Assembly: GCA_002104905.1 (NCBI GenBank)
Contig: MCFE01000504.1
Location: 1-64,000 of the forward strand
Source: Basidiobolus meristosporus CBS 931.73
Lineage: Eukaryota > Fungi > Basidiobolomycota
Reading direction: 5' to 3'
Length of the DNA stretch: 64,000 nucleotides
Notes under the pieces: model-generated
Databases searched by the model: none
What the model was told of the DNA's origin: nothing
Seen by the model: the letters and a program-made list of their open reading frames with translations, nothing else
Translations under genes and position numbers: made by a program
Shown here: piece by piece, positions 51,882 to 64,000 of the stretch
Layout: each line of letters begins with the position of its first letter
Position numbering within the stretch: position 1 is the first letter of the stretch

Positions 51882-52192
51882 AATTGAACATGCTTGTAAA
51901 CTGTGATAGCCTTAAATGGACCCACTGTATTTTATTGTATATCCAGAGTTTACACCCAACCCATTTGTATTCAAGATAACTTGACTTAGCTTATTGCTAA
52001 GTCATGAGAACCTTACATGTGACATTGTTTGTAAGATATTGGCTAATTCTTAGGATCTGTATAAGCCTGGAAGCTATCAGTATTCTGAAACTTATCTAAA
52101 GGCCCCAAACCTTGAGCACAGCTCCCTGTGAGCTTTCTGAAAACATTAGTACCATTGGCTTTACAAAGCTCACCTAAAAGTAAGAATATGTT

Positions 52193-53170
52193 TGTTGTAA
52201 AAGTCTTAGAGTCATTGTAAGTGCTTGGGAGAACAAGTAGACTGTATGGTATGACTCAGTGATTTATTGAATGTAAAGTATTATTTATACTTTCACATAT
52301 TCCTGGCAAACAGCACAAAGGGTATGCTATGGAAGATACCCAGAGCATGTGTGCAGAGTTGGGGGCTGTTTGGACAACTCTGAGATATTTATGCTCTGGG
52401 TACCTGATGCTTTGGTGAAAAGATTTTCAGTAAATCCCAATAAGGAATTCAAAAAGAAATCTTTAAGATTTGTGGACACAATTTTTGTGACAAACCGCAG
52501 TGAGTATTTAGGTTCAATTATAAAATTCACAATGTACCTAATCAACTAAATACTTATATCAAGTATACCTAAATGTAGTCCAAGATGTGCAATATTGTCT
52601 TTTGCTAATGGTATTGCGAGTATATCTACCATTGGTTGATTTGTGTGGCAGTGAGCTAGGTAAGATAAACAACTGTATATAGGTTCCCTGATGAGATGAT
52701 ATTTAATACTTACATGCATAGCTCTAGCATAAGTCTGATTTCTACCTAGTTTTATACATTGCAGCTTATCCTGAAATACAGCAGTAGGGTGTTTTGATAT
52801 GAACTCAAATCCTTGAAGAGTTTCCTTAGTCAGAATACTTCCTTTGTAGCCTTATACACTGCCATACATTTCATCACTTTGCTGGTAGGTGCTATAGTTG
52901 GCTGCTTTCTTAAATTCCATCAGATTTCTCCTTTACAGTAAAGAGAGGTGTATCCTGTGGTGGATCATCTGTCTTGTAAATTTTGTCTCCAATTAGCAGT
53001 AAAATATTCCAAATTATCTTCTTCTGAGTCCTTATGAGTGTACTTTGATCAGATATTGGCAGCACCTTTTATGTGTATAATAATCTGCTCAACTGCTGAT
53101 ATATGATCAGATCCAGAGTTCTGATTAAATCGGCTGATAACTCCCACTGAAAATGAAATATATGGTAATG
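52193..53170 (-). mobile_element. Copia remnant: RNase H fragment plus 3' LTR (52193 to about 52530)
   Basis: Minus strand reads WRQNLQD..STTGYTSLYCKG...RKQPTIA, homologous to 60440-60890; LTR end tgttgtaa at 52193. Confidence 0.8.
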
Positions 53171-54558
53171 CACCTAGCATGGTATACACTAAGCTGACAA
53201 TAATAGATAGATAATGCATTTGATAGCATCGCGGCTAACATCCTCTATTGTTATATGATCCGATCTGGCCATTTGGTAGAAATACTAGAGCGTAGCAGAC
53301 GATACATTTTGGAAGCCATAGTCATCGATGATTATATACAATAGAGGAAATTATTTATAGTTTGAGGATGATGGGCAGGAGGCGGCGCGTAGCGCTCACT
53401 TCCCACAAACAAAAATTTAAAAGTCGAGACACCCCGAAGGATATTCGCGTTAAAGACCCTGAGGCGCTGTGCAATGCTCAAGCTCTAAAACGAACAGTCC
53501 GCCTACTTGATCGCGAACTGTCCCTGCCAGGTAAGTATGACTGGTCGTTATATTCATCAAAGTGTTATATGTGATACAGCCGGCTATAAGCAGTTATGGG
53601 ATAAGATTCTAAAATGAGCACCGATTATGGTGTGCCGAGCCCTAAGCACGCATGAACAAGTATCAAGAAGCATCTAGGTCATACTCATACGTTCTGCCAA
53701 TAGTCCAAACCCTGTGAGTTCCACCTGCTTCATTCATACTCATGTTGAAGTTATGAGTGAGATGGCCAAAACTGACCTGAAGAGCCCGACACTCCGCATC
53801 CATCTCTCCATAACATTCAAGAACATAATCAAAAAGCATTGAATACCACTGACAACAGTCCCATTTTACTTACATTGTTGATTGCGAGATGGAACGATCA
53901 AATTAATTCTCGATTCTACCGGTAATTCCGGTTAGATCAGAGAGTGTGATCGGCTGAATATAATCATTCAAGAAATCATCGACTATTCTCCATACCACTA
54001 CCGAGCTTCACTCCAAACTTGAGGCAAACAATGGCATAAATTCTGAGGGGGGGACAGGTGCAATCTTCCTAGTATTCGTTGATCACTAGGCCTCGCAGTC
54101 ACCGTTGTATAAAGGCATCTACGACCGGGATAAATGTGGCTATGAAAATAGGAATCACCTGTGCAAGTGTATATTAGCTTGTGCTTTATTTGTCCGCTTC
54201 CACTATCAGCGAATCTGAACAGTTGTCACGTATAGCGAGTGCGATGGAGCAATATCGTTATAGCCAAGCATAAATACAGGTAGCTCACAAGAGCCTGATA
54301 AGAGTCATACCAGTATCGAACTTGAATTCCAAGTAATGGTGAGTTGATCCTACGTCTCCAACCGGGTCAGATAAACCTGTTTGTGTACTTCAGCGTGACA
54401 CGTGCGAATCCATCAGATACAGTTTCCCAAATGGTGCACTCAGCACTTTGCCAAAATGGTTATATTTACATTGTACCACCAGTACGTTGTGGTTAATTCT
54501 TCATATAAATAAGCCTTCCTGTGTTCCAAGATTGACCATCCAAAAACATCTATATACA

Positions 54559-55860
54559 ATGAGGCTCAATTCTCCTATGATGCAGGTCATATTAGTTGGC
54601 TTTGCATGCTTCTGCTGCCCTGGTATGTACAATGTAATCAACAGTCTAGGTGCCGGAGGACAAATGGATGACAACACTACCAAGAATGGTAATGTTGCTC
54701 TTTATGCTTGCTTCTCAGTATTTGGCGTGTTTGGTGGGGCTATCCATAATGTCCTTGGTGGGCGTTGGACTATGGTCAGCGGTGGTCTCACATACGCACT
54801 CTACTCCGGCTCTCTGGTATACTATAGCAACACCAAAGAGCCTACCTTTGTCATTGTTGCCAGCGCAATTCTAGGTATTGGTGCTGGCATGTTCTGGACT
54901 GCTCAAGGTACAATCATGATGTCTTATCCTTCCGAAAACCAGAAAGGCCGTGCAGTCGGAATCTTCTGGATTATTTTCAATATGGGCGCCGTTCTCGGTT
55001 CATTCATTCCCTTTGGCCTCAACTTCCATTCCTCAGCTGGCCAGGTGAGCACCGCTACCTACTATGTATTGATGGCTCTTATGGTTATTGGCGCTCTGCT
55101 CGGCTTGGGTCTAATTCCCCCCGAAAAGGTGGTGCGCGAGGATGGTTCCCGCGTGCAAGTCTCCAAATTCGAGAATGTAGGTGGAGAGGTTATTGAGATC
55201 CTGAAGCTATTCAAGAACAAGAATATGCTCCTGCTCCTACCCTTGTGTGTCACTTCCAACTGGTTCTACTCATATCAGTTCGGCGCTGTAAATGGGGTTC
55301 TATTCAATGTTCGCACCCGGTCCTTCAACAGTGCCTTCTACTGGGGTGCTCAAATGATTGGCGCCTATGGGGTAGGCCTGTTGCTTGATAATCCTAAGCT
55401 TCACCGTCGCACTCGTGCCTTGTACGGACTAGCTCTGGTGACTATCCTAACCTTGATCATATGGGGCGGTGGTCTTGGTCTTCAGGTACAATACACCCGG
55501 GAAGACCATCCTAAAGATATTGATTTCATCAACGGCCCCGGATGGGGAGGCAAGTTTGTCTTGTACCTGTTCTACGGCTTTCTGGATGCCGTCCTACAAA
55601 CCTACGCTTATTGGCTGATGGGTGCCCTCTCTAATGACAGCCATGTCCTTGCTCGTTATGCTGGATACTACAAAGGACTTCAATCTGCAGGAGCGGCTAT
55701 TGCCTGGGATATTGATGCCAAGAATACTCCTTTCTTGACACAGCTCATCATCAACTGGGTGCTATGCACAGCCTCTCTTCCTTTTGCTTACCTTGTGGCA
55801 AGAGGGGTCAAGGATACTTCAGAAGAAGATGGTGAAAAGATCGAGATGGAGAAATCCTAG
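54559..55860 (+). CDS. UNC-93-like MFS transporter (433 aa)
   Basis: QVILVGFACFCCPGMYN...LGAGG, GAGMFWTAQG..MMSYP.E..KGRA..IFW.IFN.G, YAGYYKGLQSAG; about 12 hydrophobic segments; the ATG at 54559 is the likely start. Confidence 0.9.
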   Translation: MRLNSPMMQVILVGFACFCCPGMYNVINSLGAGGQMDDNTTKNGNVALYACFSVFGVFGGAIHNVLGGRWTMVSGGLTYALYSGSLVYYSNTKEPTFVIVASAILGIGAGMFWTAQGTIMMSYPSENQKGRAVGIFWIIFNMGAVLGSFIPFGLNFHSSAGQVSTATYYVLMALMVIGALLGLGLIPPEKVVREDGSRVQVSKFENVGGEVIEILKLFKNKNMLLLLPLCVTSNWFYSYQFGAVNGVLFNVRTRSFNSAFYWGAQMIGAYGVGLLLDNPKLHRRTRALYGLALVTILTLIIWGGGLGLQVQYTREDHPKDIDFINGPGWGGKFVLYLFYGFLDAVLQTYAYWLMGALSNDSHVLARYAGYYKGLQSAGAAIAWDIDAKNTPFLTQLIINWVLCTASLPFAYLVARGVKDTSEEDGEKIEMEKS

Positions 55861-56920
55861 CCAAATATACGCTCTTGCATCAACGTTACGGCAATTTACT
55901 TAATTTAGTTCAATAAACCGAAATGACTATATAGTCTTGAATGTTGATCAATGAATATACATAGACATCCTTCATTCTTACATTATAGAGAGTAGTTTGA
56001 GGTAATTGTAAGATTTGGTGTAGATATTCAATATATATGTACTCTGTCTTTATACTATCTATTGCATTCAGAGCTAACTATACAGTCAAATTACCAAGTT
56101 TACACTTATACAATTATCAAGTTGAAGCTAGGTATTTATGCTGCTACTTAAGCTTGCAGTCTTCATACAACTTTCAGTATCCTACTTCTTTGTATTATCT
56201 ATAATTGCTTACATCCACTTGCTTATGCAAGATATTTTCATCAAAGTAAGGGGTATGCCAAGTTGCCCAAGTGCCTTCATGCAATATATGTACACTATTT
56301 AGCTCCTCCTGACTGCATTCAAAGTGTTAGTGCTATAGTCAAGATTACAAAAAGCTACAAATTGCTTGCAAATGTAGCATTTGTAAATAAACCTTTGGTG
56401 GCAGGGTTGGGGGAGGAAGAAAGTTTCCAATTGGTGAAGTCTTTAATTGCTGAATAAAGATATATACATATGCCAATTTGACTGGCAGTTATTCTGCAAA
56501 AGCTAGGTTGGACAGATATTGTCCTGGGAAGCTATTTCTGAGTGTGAGAAGCAGAGTAATATTGTAATTCCTGTTGTAAAAATTGGTAATTCCACCTAAA
56601 TACTCACCTAACTTAGTCATTTAGATCATTACCTTCAAATCCTAGAGAATACTGACCAAATTCCTTGTTGGGATTTACTTGGAATATTTTCACCAAAATA
56701 CCAGGTACCCAGAACATGAAAATTCTCAAAGTTGTCCAAACAGCCCCAAACTTTGCTCACATGTTCTTGGGACCTTCCTTAACCTATTCTACATGTTTGT
56801 AATGCCAAGACCAGGTAAAAGTATAAATACTACTTTTACATTCAATAAATCATCAAGTGAAAACCACATAATCTACTTGTTCTCCCAATCACTTCCAATA
56901 TCTCCAAGACTCTTACAACA

Positions 56921-56932
56921 GGTTATGAGCCC
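56921..56932 (+). promoter_or_regulatory. Primer-binding site GGTTATGAGCCC (half-tRNA-iMet type)
   Basis: Directly abuts the 5' LTR; same motif class as the PBS of Drosophila copia and yeast Ty5. Confidence 0.8.
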
Positions 56933-56951
56933 CAAGCTGTCACTCTCTGCA

Positions 56952-59900
56952 ATGTCTACTACTGCTATTACTGGAATTTTTCCCTCTGCTGAAAAGTTGG
57001 ATGGATCTAACTACCAAGTGTGGAAGGTGAAGATGAAGATGCTGCTACAAGAAAGAGGCCTTTGGGATATTGTCATGGGAGAAGAATGCCCTCCCAAAAA
57101 TGTGCGAGAGGAAGCCTTAAAGTACCAGAAGAAAGAACAAAGTGCCTTTAACTGCATTTGCCTCAATGTCAAGGACAAATTGCTAATTCAATGCTCAAGA
57201 GCAAAAACGGCAAAGAATGCCTGGAAGGCATTAGAAGACACCTACCAGTCATGTTCAGCTGCCAAGAAAATGTATCTGAGACGAAAATTCTTTACTACAA
57301 AGATGCTGCCAGGAGAAGAAATGAAAAATCTAATTAACAGAATTACCCTGCTGGTAGATGAGATGGAATCTGTGGGTGTACCAACTACTGATGAGGATGT
57401 GATAGTTGCCATCCTGAATAGCCTGACAGATGAGATGCAGGGCCTTGTATCAGCCCTAGAGTCCAGAACTGAAGATTTGACCTTAAGTTACATACATGGA
57501 AGGCTCCTGGATGAAGAATTAAGAAAATCAAGCGCCAATAAGAAGGAAGAAGAAAATGCTTTAATAAGCAATGATAACCAACAAAGGAGGTACCCAAGAC
57601 CCTACAAAGGCAACAGCAACCTGTTTTGTAATTACTGCAAAAGGAAAGGACACACATCAGACCGGTGTCTCAAAACAAGGATAATCAACAAAAGAAGCCT
57701 GAATATGGAAATGCTGCAACAACTGAAGATAGACTATTCATATCTGCACTAAATATGACCACAAACAAGGATTCTCAGACGTGGTATATTGACTATGGAG
57801 CTTCTCAACACTTTACACACCAAAAAGAACTTTTACCCAATATCAAGAAATTCCAATTAAGAAGGTTTTCATGGGTGATGATAGAACACTTGATGCAGTG
57901 GGAGAAGGAACTATCCAAGTAAACCTTAGAAGCAGTGAAGGAAGCCATACACTGACCTTGAAAGAAGTACTCTATGTACCAGAAATAGCCAAGAACCTAC
58001 TCTCTGTAAGCAAGGCCACAGCAGAAGGACTCAGTTTCAGTTTTGACAATTCTGGATGCAGGATCACTGATCAAAATGGTGCCCATATTGCTTTGGGCAT
58101 CAGAGATCAGAATCTATACAAGTTGACTTATATTCCATCATATCTGGAAGCCAATATAAGTACCTTAAGTGAAGAAACACCAATGCTTTGGCACAGGAGA
58201 TTTGGACACATCAATTTTGATTATTTGCGTAAAATGATCAAAGATCAGTTAATTTCTGGAGTGAAAATTGGTCCCCCAGCTAATTTGGAGCACTGTGAAG
58301 CCTGCATATATGGGAACAAGCCAGACAACCGTTCAAGAGCTCTGGGTTAATCAAAACTAAGAAAAAATTAGATCTAATTCACTCAGATCTGTGTGGACCT
58401 AAGCAAAATTTATCCATAGGTGGGATGAAGTATTTAATCACTTTGATTGATGATTATACAAGATACACATGGGTTTACCTCATGGAGAGAAAGGAAGAAG
58501 CTCTGTCTAAGTTCAGGGAGTTTAAAGCCATGGTGGAGAGAGAAACTGGTGAAAAAATCAAGAAAATACACTCTGACAACGGTGGAGAATATACCTCAAC
58601 ACTCTTCATCCACTTCTGCAAAATTCATGGGATAAAGCCAGAGACTACTGTACCATATTCCCCACAGCAAAATGGAGTAGTAGAACAACCTAACAGATCA
58701 ATAATTGATATGGCAAGATCTATGATCCATGATCAAAAATTATCCTAAGATTTTTGGGTGGAATCAGTTGCCACCGCTGTATACCTTAAAAAACAGGAGT
58801 TATAACAGAATACTTTGTGATTCTACTCCATTTAAAGCATGGTATGGATACAGACCAAGTGCAGAACATCTAAAAATATTTGGGCGTACAGCATATGCCA
58901 AAAAACTGGCCGGAAATCAGTCTAAATTTGAGCCAAAAAGTGTAATATGCATATTTTTGGGCTACTGCAATGAGAGTAAGGCATACAGACTCTACAGTAC
59001 CAAAGCAAAGAAGCTGATCAAGTCCAGGGATGTGTTGTTTGATGAAAATTCAAAATTTTCACAAAAAATGACATCAGATGATGACAAAAATTTGATCTCA
59101 AGTCCACTAATTGTCAGCATTGAATCAGAGCAAAACAATGAAAGTTTTTTCACTCCAGAGGACTCTACAACCGTGGTTCAGCCAGAATCAGTGCCCAGGA
59201 ATATCCCAGAAGTGATCATTCCAGTATTAAATGCCCGGAGATCCAATTGGACAAGAAATGGCCCAAATTACTATATCAATGAGGGTACAAACTTAGCCTA
59301 TGCCTATTCAGTCCATGTTGATGAACCCCAGACTGTAAAAGAGGCCCTAAGTAGCCCTCAGATAAAGTCTTGGAGATCTGCAATGACTGAGGAATATCAG
59401 GCCCTGATGGAAAATCAAACTTGGGACTTAGTCAAATTACCAATCAACCAAAAATCAATTGGATGCAGATGGGTCTTTGAGACAAAATACAAAGCTGATG
59501 GTACAATTGAAAGATACAAAGCAAGACTTGTAGCCAAAGGATACTCTCAAACAAAAGGACTTGACTATACTGAGACCTTTGCACTGGTAGCCAAGTTTAA
59601 TTCCATCAGATTAATATTGGCTATTGCAGCCAAATATAAGTTTTTTATTCATCAAATGGATGTAAAAACTGCATTTTTGAATGGAGAACTTGATGAGGAC
59701 GTGTATATGGGCCAGCCTGATGGGTTTGTTGACCAAGATAACCCCCATTTGGTCTGCAAGCTTAAAAAGTCACTATATGGTCTCAAACAATCACCAAGAG
59801 CCTGGAATTGCAAGATAGATTCTAATTTGGAATCCTTGAGTTTCAAGAGAAGTAATGCTGACTATAGTATATACTATAAGCCAGATAGAGCAAATCCAGT

Positions 59901-60893
59901 TCTATTAGCTCTATATGTGGCTGATCTTATTATAGCCACCAATAACCTAGAAACATTGGAAGAGACTAAATCCAGCCTATCTAAGGAGTTCAAGATGTCT
60001 GATTTAGGAGAACTTAGTTACTACTTGGGGATTACATTCTCCATAGACAGAAGTACCCAGACTATTACCCTAAGCCAATCCAAGTATATTCAAGATATAC
60101 TAAAGAAATACCAAATGGAAGACTGTAAACCGGCAGCTACCCCAATGGAGACAAGCCTTAACTTGGTCAAAACTCAACCAAATCAAGAGAGCTTGGTGCC
60201 ATCTGAAAGCCCTGACTTTCCTTATCAATCTATGGCTGGCAGTCAGTGTATATCATGCTTGCAACACGTCCAGATATCTCATATTCAGTGGGAGTTGTCA
60301 GCCAACATAATCAGAACTATGGATCTGATCATATTGCAGCAGTTGAGCGGATTTTTAGATACCTAAAAGGAACTGCTGATATTTGCTTAAGATACAGTTA
60401 TAAGGACTCAGAACAAGATCTTGTGGGATACTCTGATGCAGATTGGGGACAAAATTTAGAAGACAGAAGATCCACCACAGGATACACCTTTCTTTACTGT
60501 AAAGGAGCAATATCATGGGATTCAAGAAAGCAACCAACCGTAGCACTTTCCACCACAGAGGCAGAGTATATAGCAGCCTGTGAAGCTAAAAAAGAAGCAA
60601 TGTGGTTAAGAAAGCTTTTTACAGATTTAGGCCTATGTCAAAAAACGCCTATTAGTGTATTTCAAGATAATCAAGGATGTATACAATTAGGTAGAAATCC
60701 AACTTTTCATGCTAGAACCAAGCACATAGATATTAGAAATCATTTCATACGTGAAGCTATAGAGAATAACTTAGTCAGCTTAGTTTACTGTCCTACAGAT
60801 GAAATGATTGCAGACATATTTACCAAACCACTAGCTAGAGACAAGTTTGAATATCTTAGGTCAAAATTAGGACTAGTCAGTATGAGCATTTAG
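56952..60893 (+). pseudogene. Copia gag-pol (gag, knuckle, protease, GAG-pre-integrase, integrase, RT, RNase H), broken into six frames
   Basis: KLDGSNYQVWK, CNYCKRKGHTSDRC, WYIDYGASQH, WHRRFGH, SDNGGEY, YKARLVAKGYSQ, QMDVKTAFLNG, YSDADW, KHIDIRNHFIRE. Confidence 0.93.
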
Positions 60894-61445
60894 CTGAGTG
60901 GGGGTGTTGTAAGAATTTGTAATTCCACCTAAATATTCACCTAGCTTAGTCACTTAGATCATTACCTTCAAATCCTAGAGAATACTCACCAAATTCCTTG
61001 TCCGGATTTACTTAGAATATTTTCACCAAAATACCAGGTACTCAGAACATGAAAATTCTCAAAGTTGTCCAAACAGCCCCAAACTTTGCACACATGTTCT
61101 TGGGACCTTCCTTAACCTATTCTACATGTTTGTAATGCCACGACCAGGTAAAAGTATAAATACTACTTTTACATTCAATAAATCATCAAGTGAAAACCAC
61201 ATAATCTACTTGTTCTCCCAATCACTTCCAATATCTCCAAGACTCTTACAACAATTCCTAGCCAGCTAGATCTGAGAGAGGTTTCCTGGAAAGCCAGATC
61301 TCAGAGGTCAAAATTGTGGGAGGGGGGAAGTTGTCATTCAGCCAAAGTAATAGTCTTAGCAAGTAGTTACAACAGTCACTTGGGATAAAAAAACAAGCCA
61401 GCTGAGAGTTTTTAATATCTTTAGCAAATCTACTGGTGTGAGTTC

Positions 61446-62060
61446 TGTTGGGCATCAACATTTAAAACTTGGCCAATTTCACTTTGTTAGAAAATCTAGT
61501 ACCCTAACGGATTTTCCCTAACCCAAACATAACTAATCCCCGTTATGGTTTATTTTATCACTTCTTGCTATATATTTTTAGCTATCTCACCTGGTCAATT
61601 TTCATGTGGTCATTACGTACTCAACTGATCTGCTAAGCCTTTCCAAGTGATTAGTCATCTGAGATTTATCCAACCATTTAGCAGTTGCCCAGACATCAGC
61701 TGATTAATGATGGAATTTCTCATTTATCTTATGCACCTATGAACACCCCAACAGATTTCAATTAGTGCAGTCTCTTTGTGCTTACTAATGCAACTCAATC
61801 AGAAAAGTATAAATAAAGCTTACTGAACCTTTTGCTTTAGTGTGTGTCTCAATGAAATTAAGATTGTGCCTCAGCAAAATTAAGAATTCAACAGTTCCAT
61901 TCTAGTTTCTGCCCAAGCCTAGCATATCTAGCACTCCCAAGAGCACCAAGCCTAGCCTGCATAGCAAGCCTACTCTGTTGCCTTTATAGCCCAACTAAGC
62001 TATATTTAATACCAATATTAGACCAGAACCTCTCTGCTAATATTTCTGGCACTCTTGACA
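61446..62060 (+). repeat. Solo LTR family C
   Basis: tgttgggcatcaac...ctcttgaca; flanks gttc/attc; homologous to 23372-23970. Confidence 0.85.
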
Positions 62061-62278
62061 ATTCTAAGGGTTAGGGGAGGGAAAGTCACCAAGTTGGTGA
62101 AATCTTTATTTGAGTTAAGAACTAATCTAAGTACAAATAAAGAAGCCAATTAAGAGGTCTAGAACCTCTCTAATAAGTAATCTAATTTATGTTTTGTTTC
62201 ATCTCTAATGTTTGTTTCAATAAAGTAAAGCTCATCAGGGGTAAATATAAAACTCAGGGGTTTTGGGGGAAGTACAAA

Positions 62279-64000
62279 TTATAGATGTTTCTGATCAATA
62301 TAATCCAAAACTGGAACCCAGCCTGGGATTAGGTGTAGTAGGAAAGGTGTGTGGACTTGTAAGTAGCTCTGCCACATAGATCTTAGATGGTCCTGAACCA
62401 GTAGTCTTGGTTTCTCAGCTTTTTGAAGTTCTGAAGCAAGCTCTGTTACTACAGCAGAGCCAACCAGGGTGTGCCAGCAAGAAGATTTCAGGGAGGAGTT
62501 AGATTGAAGCCATTGTTTGATGGAGGGGTTATGTGATTTCTGAAGTTTGACTAGGAAGGAAGCCTGGAGATAGATCATTTGGATTTGGTATGAGTAGAAC
62601 CCAAAGGCTCCATTAGTTGCATGGATATAGGGAGATACTGGAAGATAAAGTACCAAGGATCTGATACACTGATGGAGAAATTTATCCAGGCTGTGAAGTT
62701 CTCTGGAGGTTAGGGGTATAATGTGGAGACCAAATTCAAGTACCGGCAGTACATACTGCTTCAGAAGTATAGGGATCTTTTGAATTGGAGTGTCTGGAGT
62801 GACTACTACCAGAAGCTTTTTGAGAGCCTGTTGGGCAAGACGGATCCTATTATTCAGGTGGAGCTTTGAGTCAATCCCATGTTGACAAAACGGCAGACCT
62901 AGATATATTGCAGTTTGTTGTGGCAGAATGCTAGTGTTCTGTATAGTTGTAGTGCACCCAATTGGGACTGTCTTGGAAATTGAGAGTGAGAGGTTGTTGG
63001 CAGCCAAGTACTTCTCAATGATGGCAGTGTCTGCTATGGGATTAGGAGTAGCAATCTTGATATCATCTGCATAGAGAGTTAGTAGTGGAGAGGGAGAGTC
63101 TGGTGAGGGGCCTTTTGGAAATAAAGGAAAGTCATGTAGGAATATCACAAATAGTTAGGGACCTAGTACAGATCCTTGGACTGCTCCATTTGGAACCTCA
63201 TAAGTCTCTGATGTGCAACTTGGATGCAAAACTTTGGCTGAGTTCTCACAAAATAGAGAACGTACAAGAAGGGTCATTGGTAGTGTGGTAACTGCTAATA
63301 GCTTTCCCCAAAGCAGAGCTCTGTCCACAGAGTCAAAGGCTTGAGTAATGTCAAACAGAATGGTTGGCAATGAGAATTGAAGTGAATGATCATGGCTTAG
63401 CACTACAGCCAAATCCAAGGAGAGTTTGGGCAAGAAGCCAAACTGAGAAGGATGGAATGGATATAGTTGAGATTGCAAGGATCTTGCTATTATAAGCTCA
63501 AAGATTTTCCGGCAGGTTGGTAGGAGTGAAACTGGCCGGTAAGAACCTGGGAGTGAGTGTTTCCCCTTCCCTTTGTAGAAGGGTATTACATTTGCCTGTG
63601 ACCAGGCCTTTGGGGTAGTCAATTGTTGGGCACAGATAGAGTAGAATGAGAGAAGTAAGTGACTCATTTTGGAGTAGCACACCCGGAGTAGATTGTAGGT
63701 AATCAAGTCATGTCCAGGTGCAGTATCTGCAGGAAGCTTCTATAAAATTTTCTCCAGAAGCTTTGCTGAAACCAAAATTGGAGATGTTGGACTGCTGGAT
63801 ATGTTACCAGTATGGTAGAAAGGAGGAGTGGGATGCACGGTTGAATCAAAGAATATAGGGGCCAGTTTGTCTGGTGATGGTATACTCCTTGCTTGGGGTC
63901 TCATGGCTTTGTATACTCTTGATATGGACCTTGTGGTGGCATGCATATTTACTAAGGGCAAGGTATCCATGATATGAGCCCATAATCTAGTATGCTCAGT
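62279..64000 (-). pseudogene. Non-LTR (LINE) reverse transcriptase remnant, continues past the window end
   Basis: APGHD.ITY..L, W..ANVIPFYKGKG...YRPVSLL, QFGF, FDITQAFDSVDR, GAVQGSVLGP, LYADDI, YLG; in-frame stops. Confidence 0.9.

Larger units (their letters stand above)
56572..61253 (+). mobile_element. Full-length Ty1/copia retrotransposon (4682 bp), LTRs 56572-56920 and 60905-61253, TSD ATTCC
   Basis: Two 349-bp TG...CA LTRs with about 12 mismatches; attcc at 56567-56571 and 61254-61258; PBS after the 5' LTR; PPT gagtgggggg before the 3' LTR. Confidence 0.97.

Noticed and set aside
54448-54558. N-terminal extension of the MFS ORF in the supplied track
   Set aside because: Begins at TTG; family-like sequence starts at the ATG at 54559

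Overview
Eukaryotic, almost certainly fungal, genomic DNA: short GT-AG introns, fungal-type ILV2, QCR8 and UNC-93-like genes. An early-diverging lineage is my guess only. The window has three zones. (1) About 1-32.3 kb is a CpG-depleted transposon graveyard. It can be un-nested from target-site duplications and restored reading frames. A Ty3/gypsy element is split by an 11-kb EnSpm/CACTA-type element with CCCTA termini. That element holds a solo LTR and a two-ORF PIF/Harbinger-like (PHIS) element, which holds another solo LTR. There are also three fold-back MITEs, a chromovirus tandem and scrambled CACTA fragments. (2) About 32.3-51.5 kb, plus 53.2-55.9 kb, is a CpG-normal gene island: ILV2, QCR8, 5-hydroxyisourate hydrolase, a GPI-anchored Cys-rich protein, a coiled-coil protein with a TRAK/HAP1/BICD-like CC1 box, a Clr4/DIM-5-type SET methyltransferase, an NDUFAF4-like gene, an F-box/SUKH-like gene and a UNC-93-like MFS transporter. 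(3) About 51.5-64 kb holds copia LTRs, a full-length but frameshifted copia element, a solo gypsy LTR and a LINE reverse transcriptase remnant. I saw no rRNA, tRNA or CRISPR array. All family assignments come from motifs read by eye, not from database searches.
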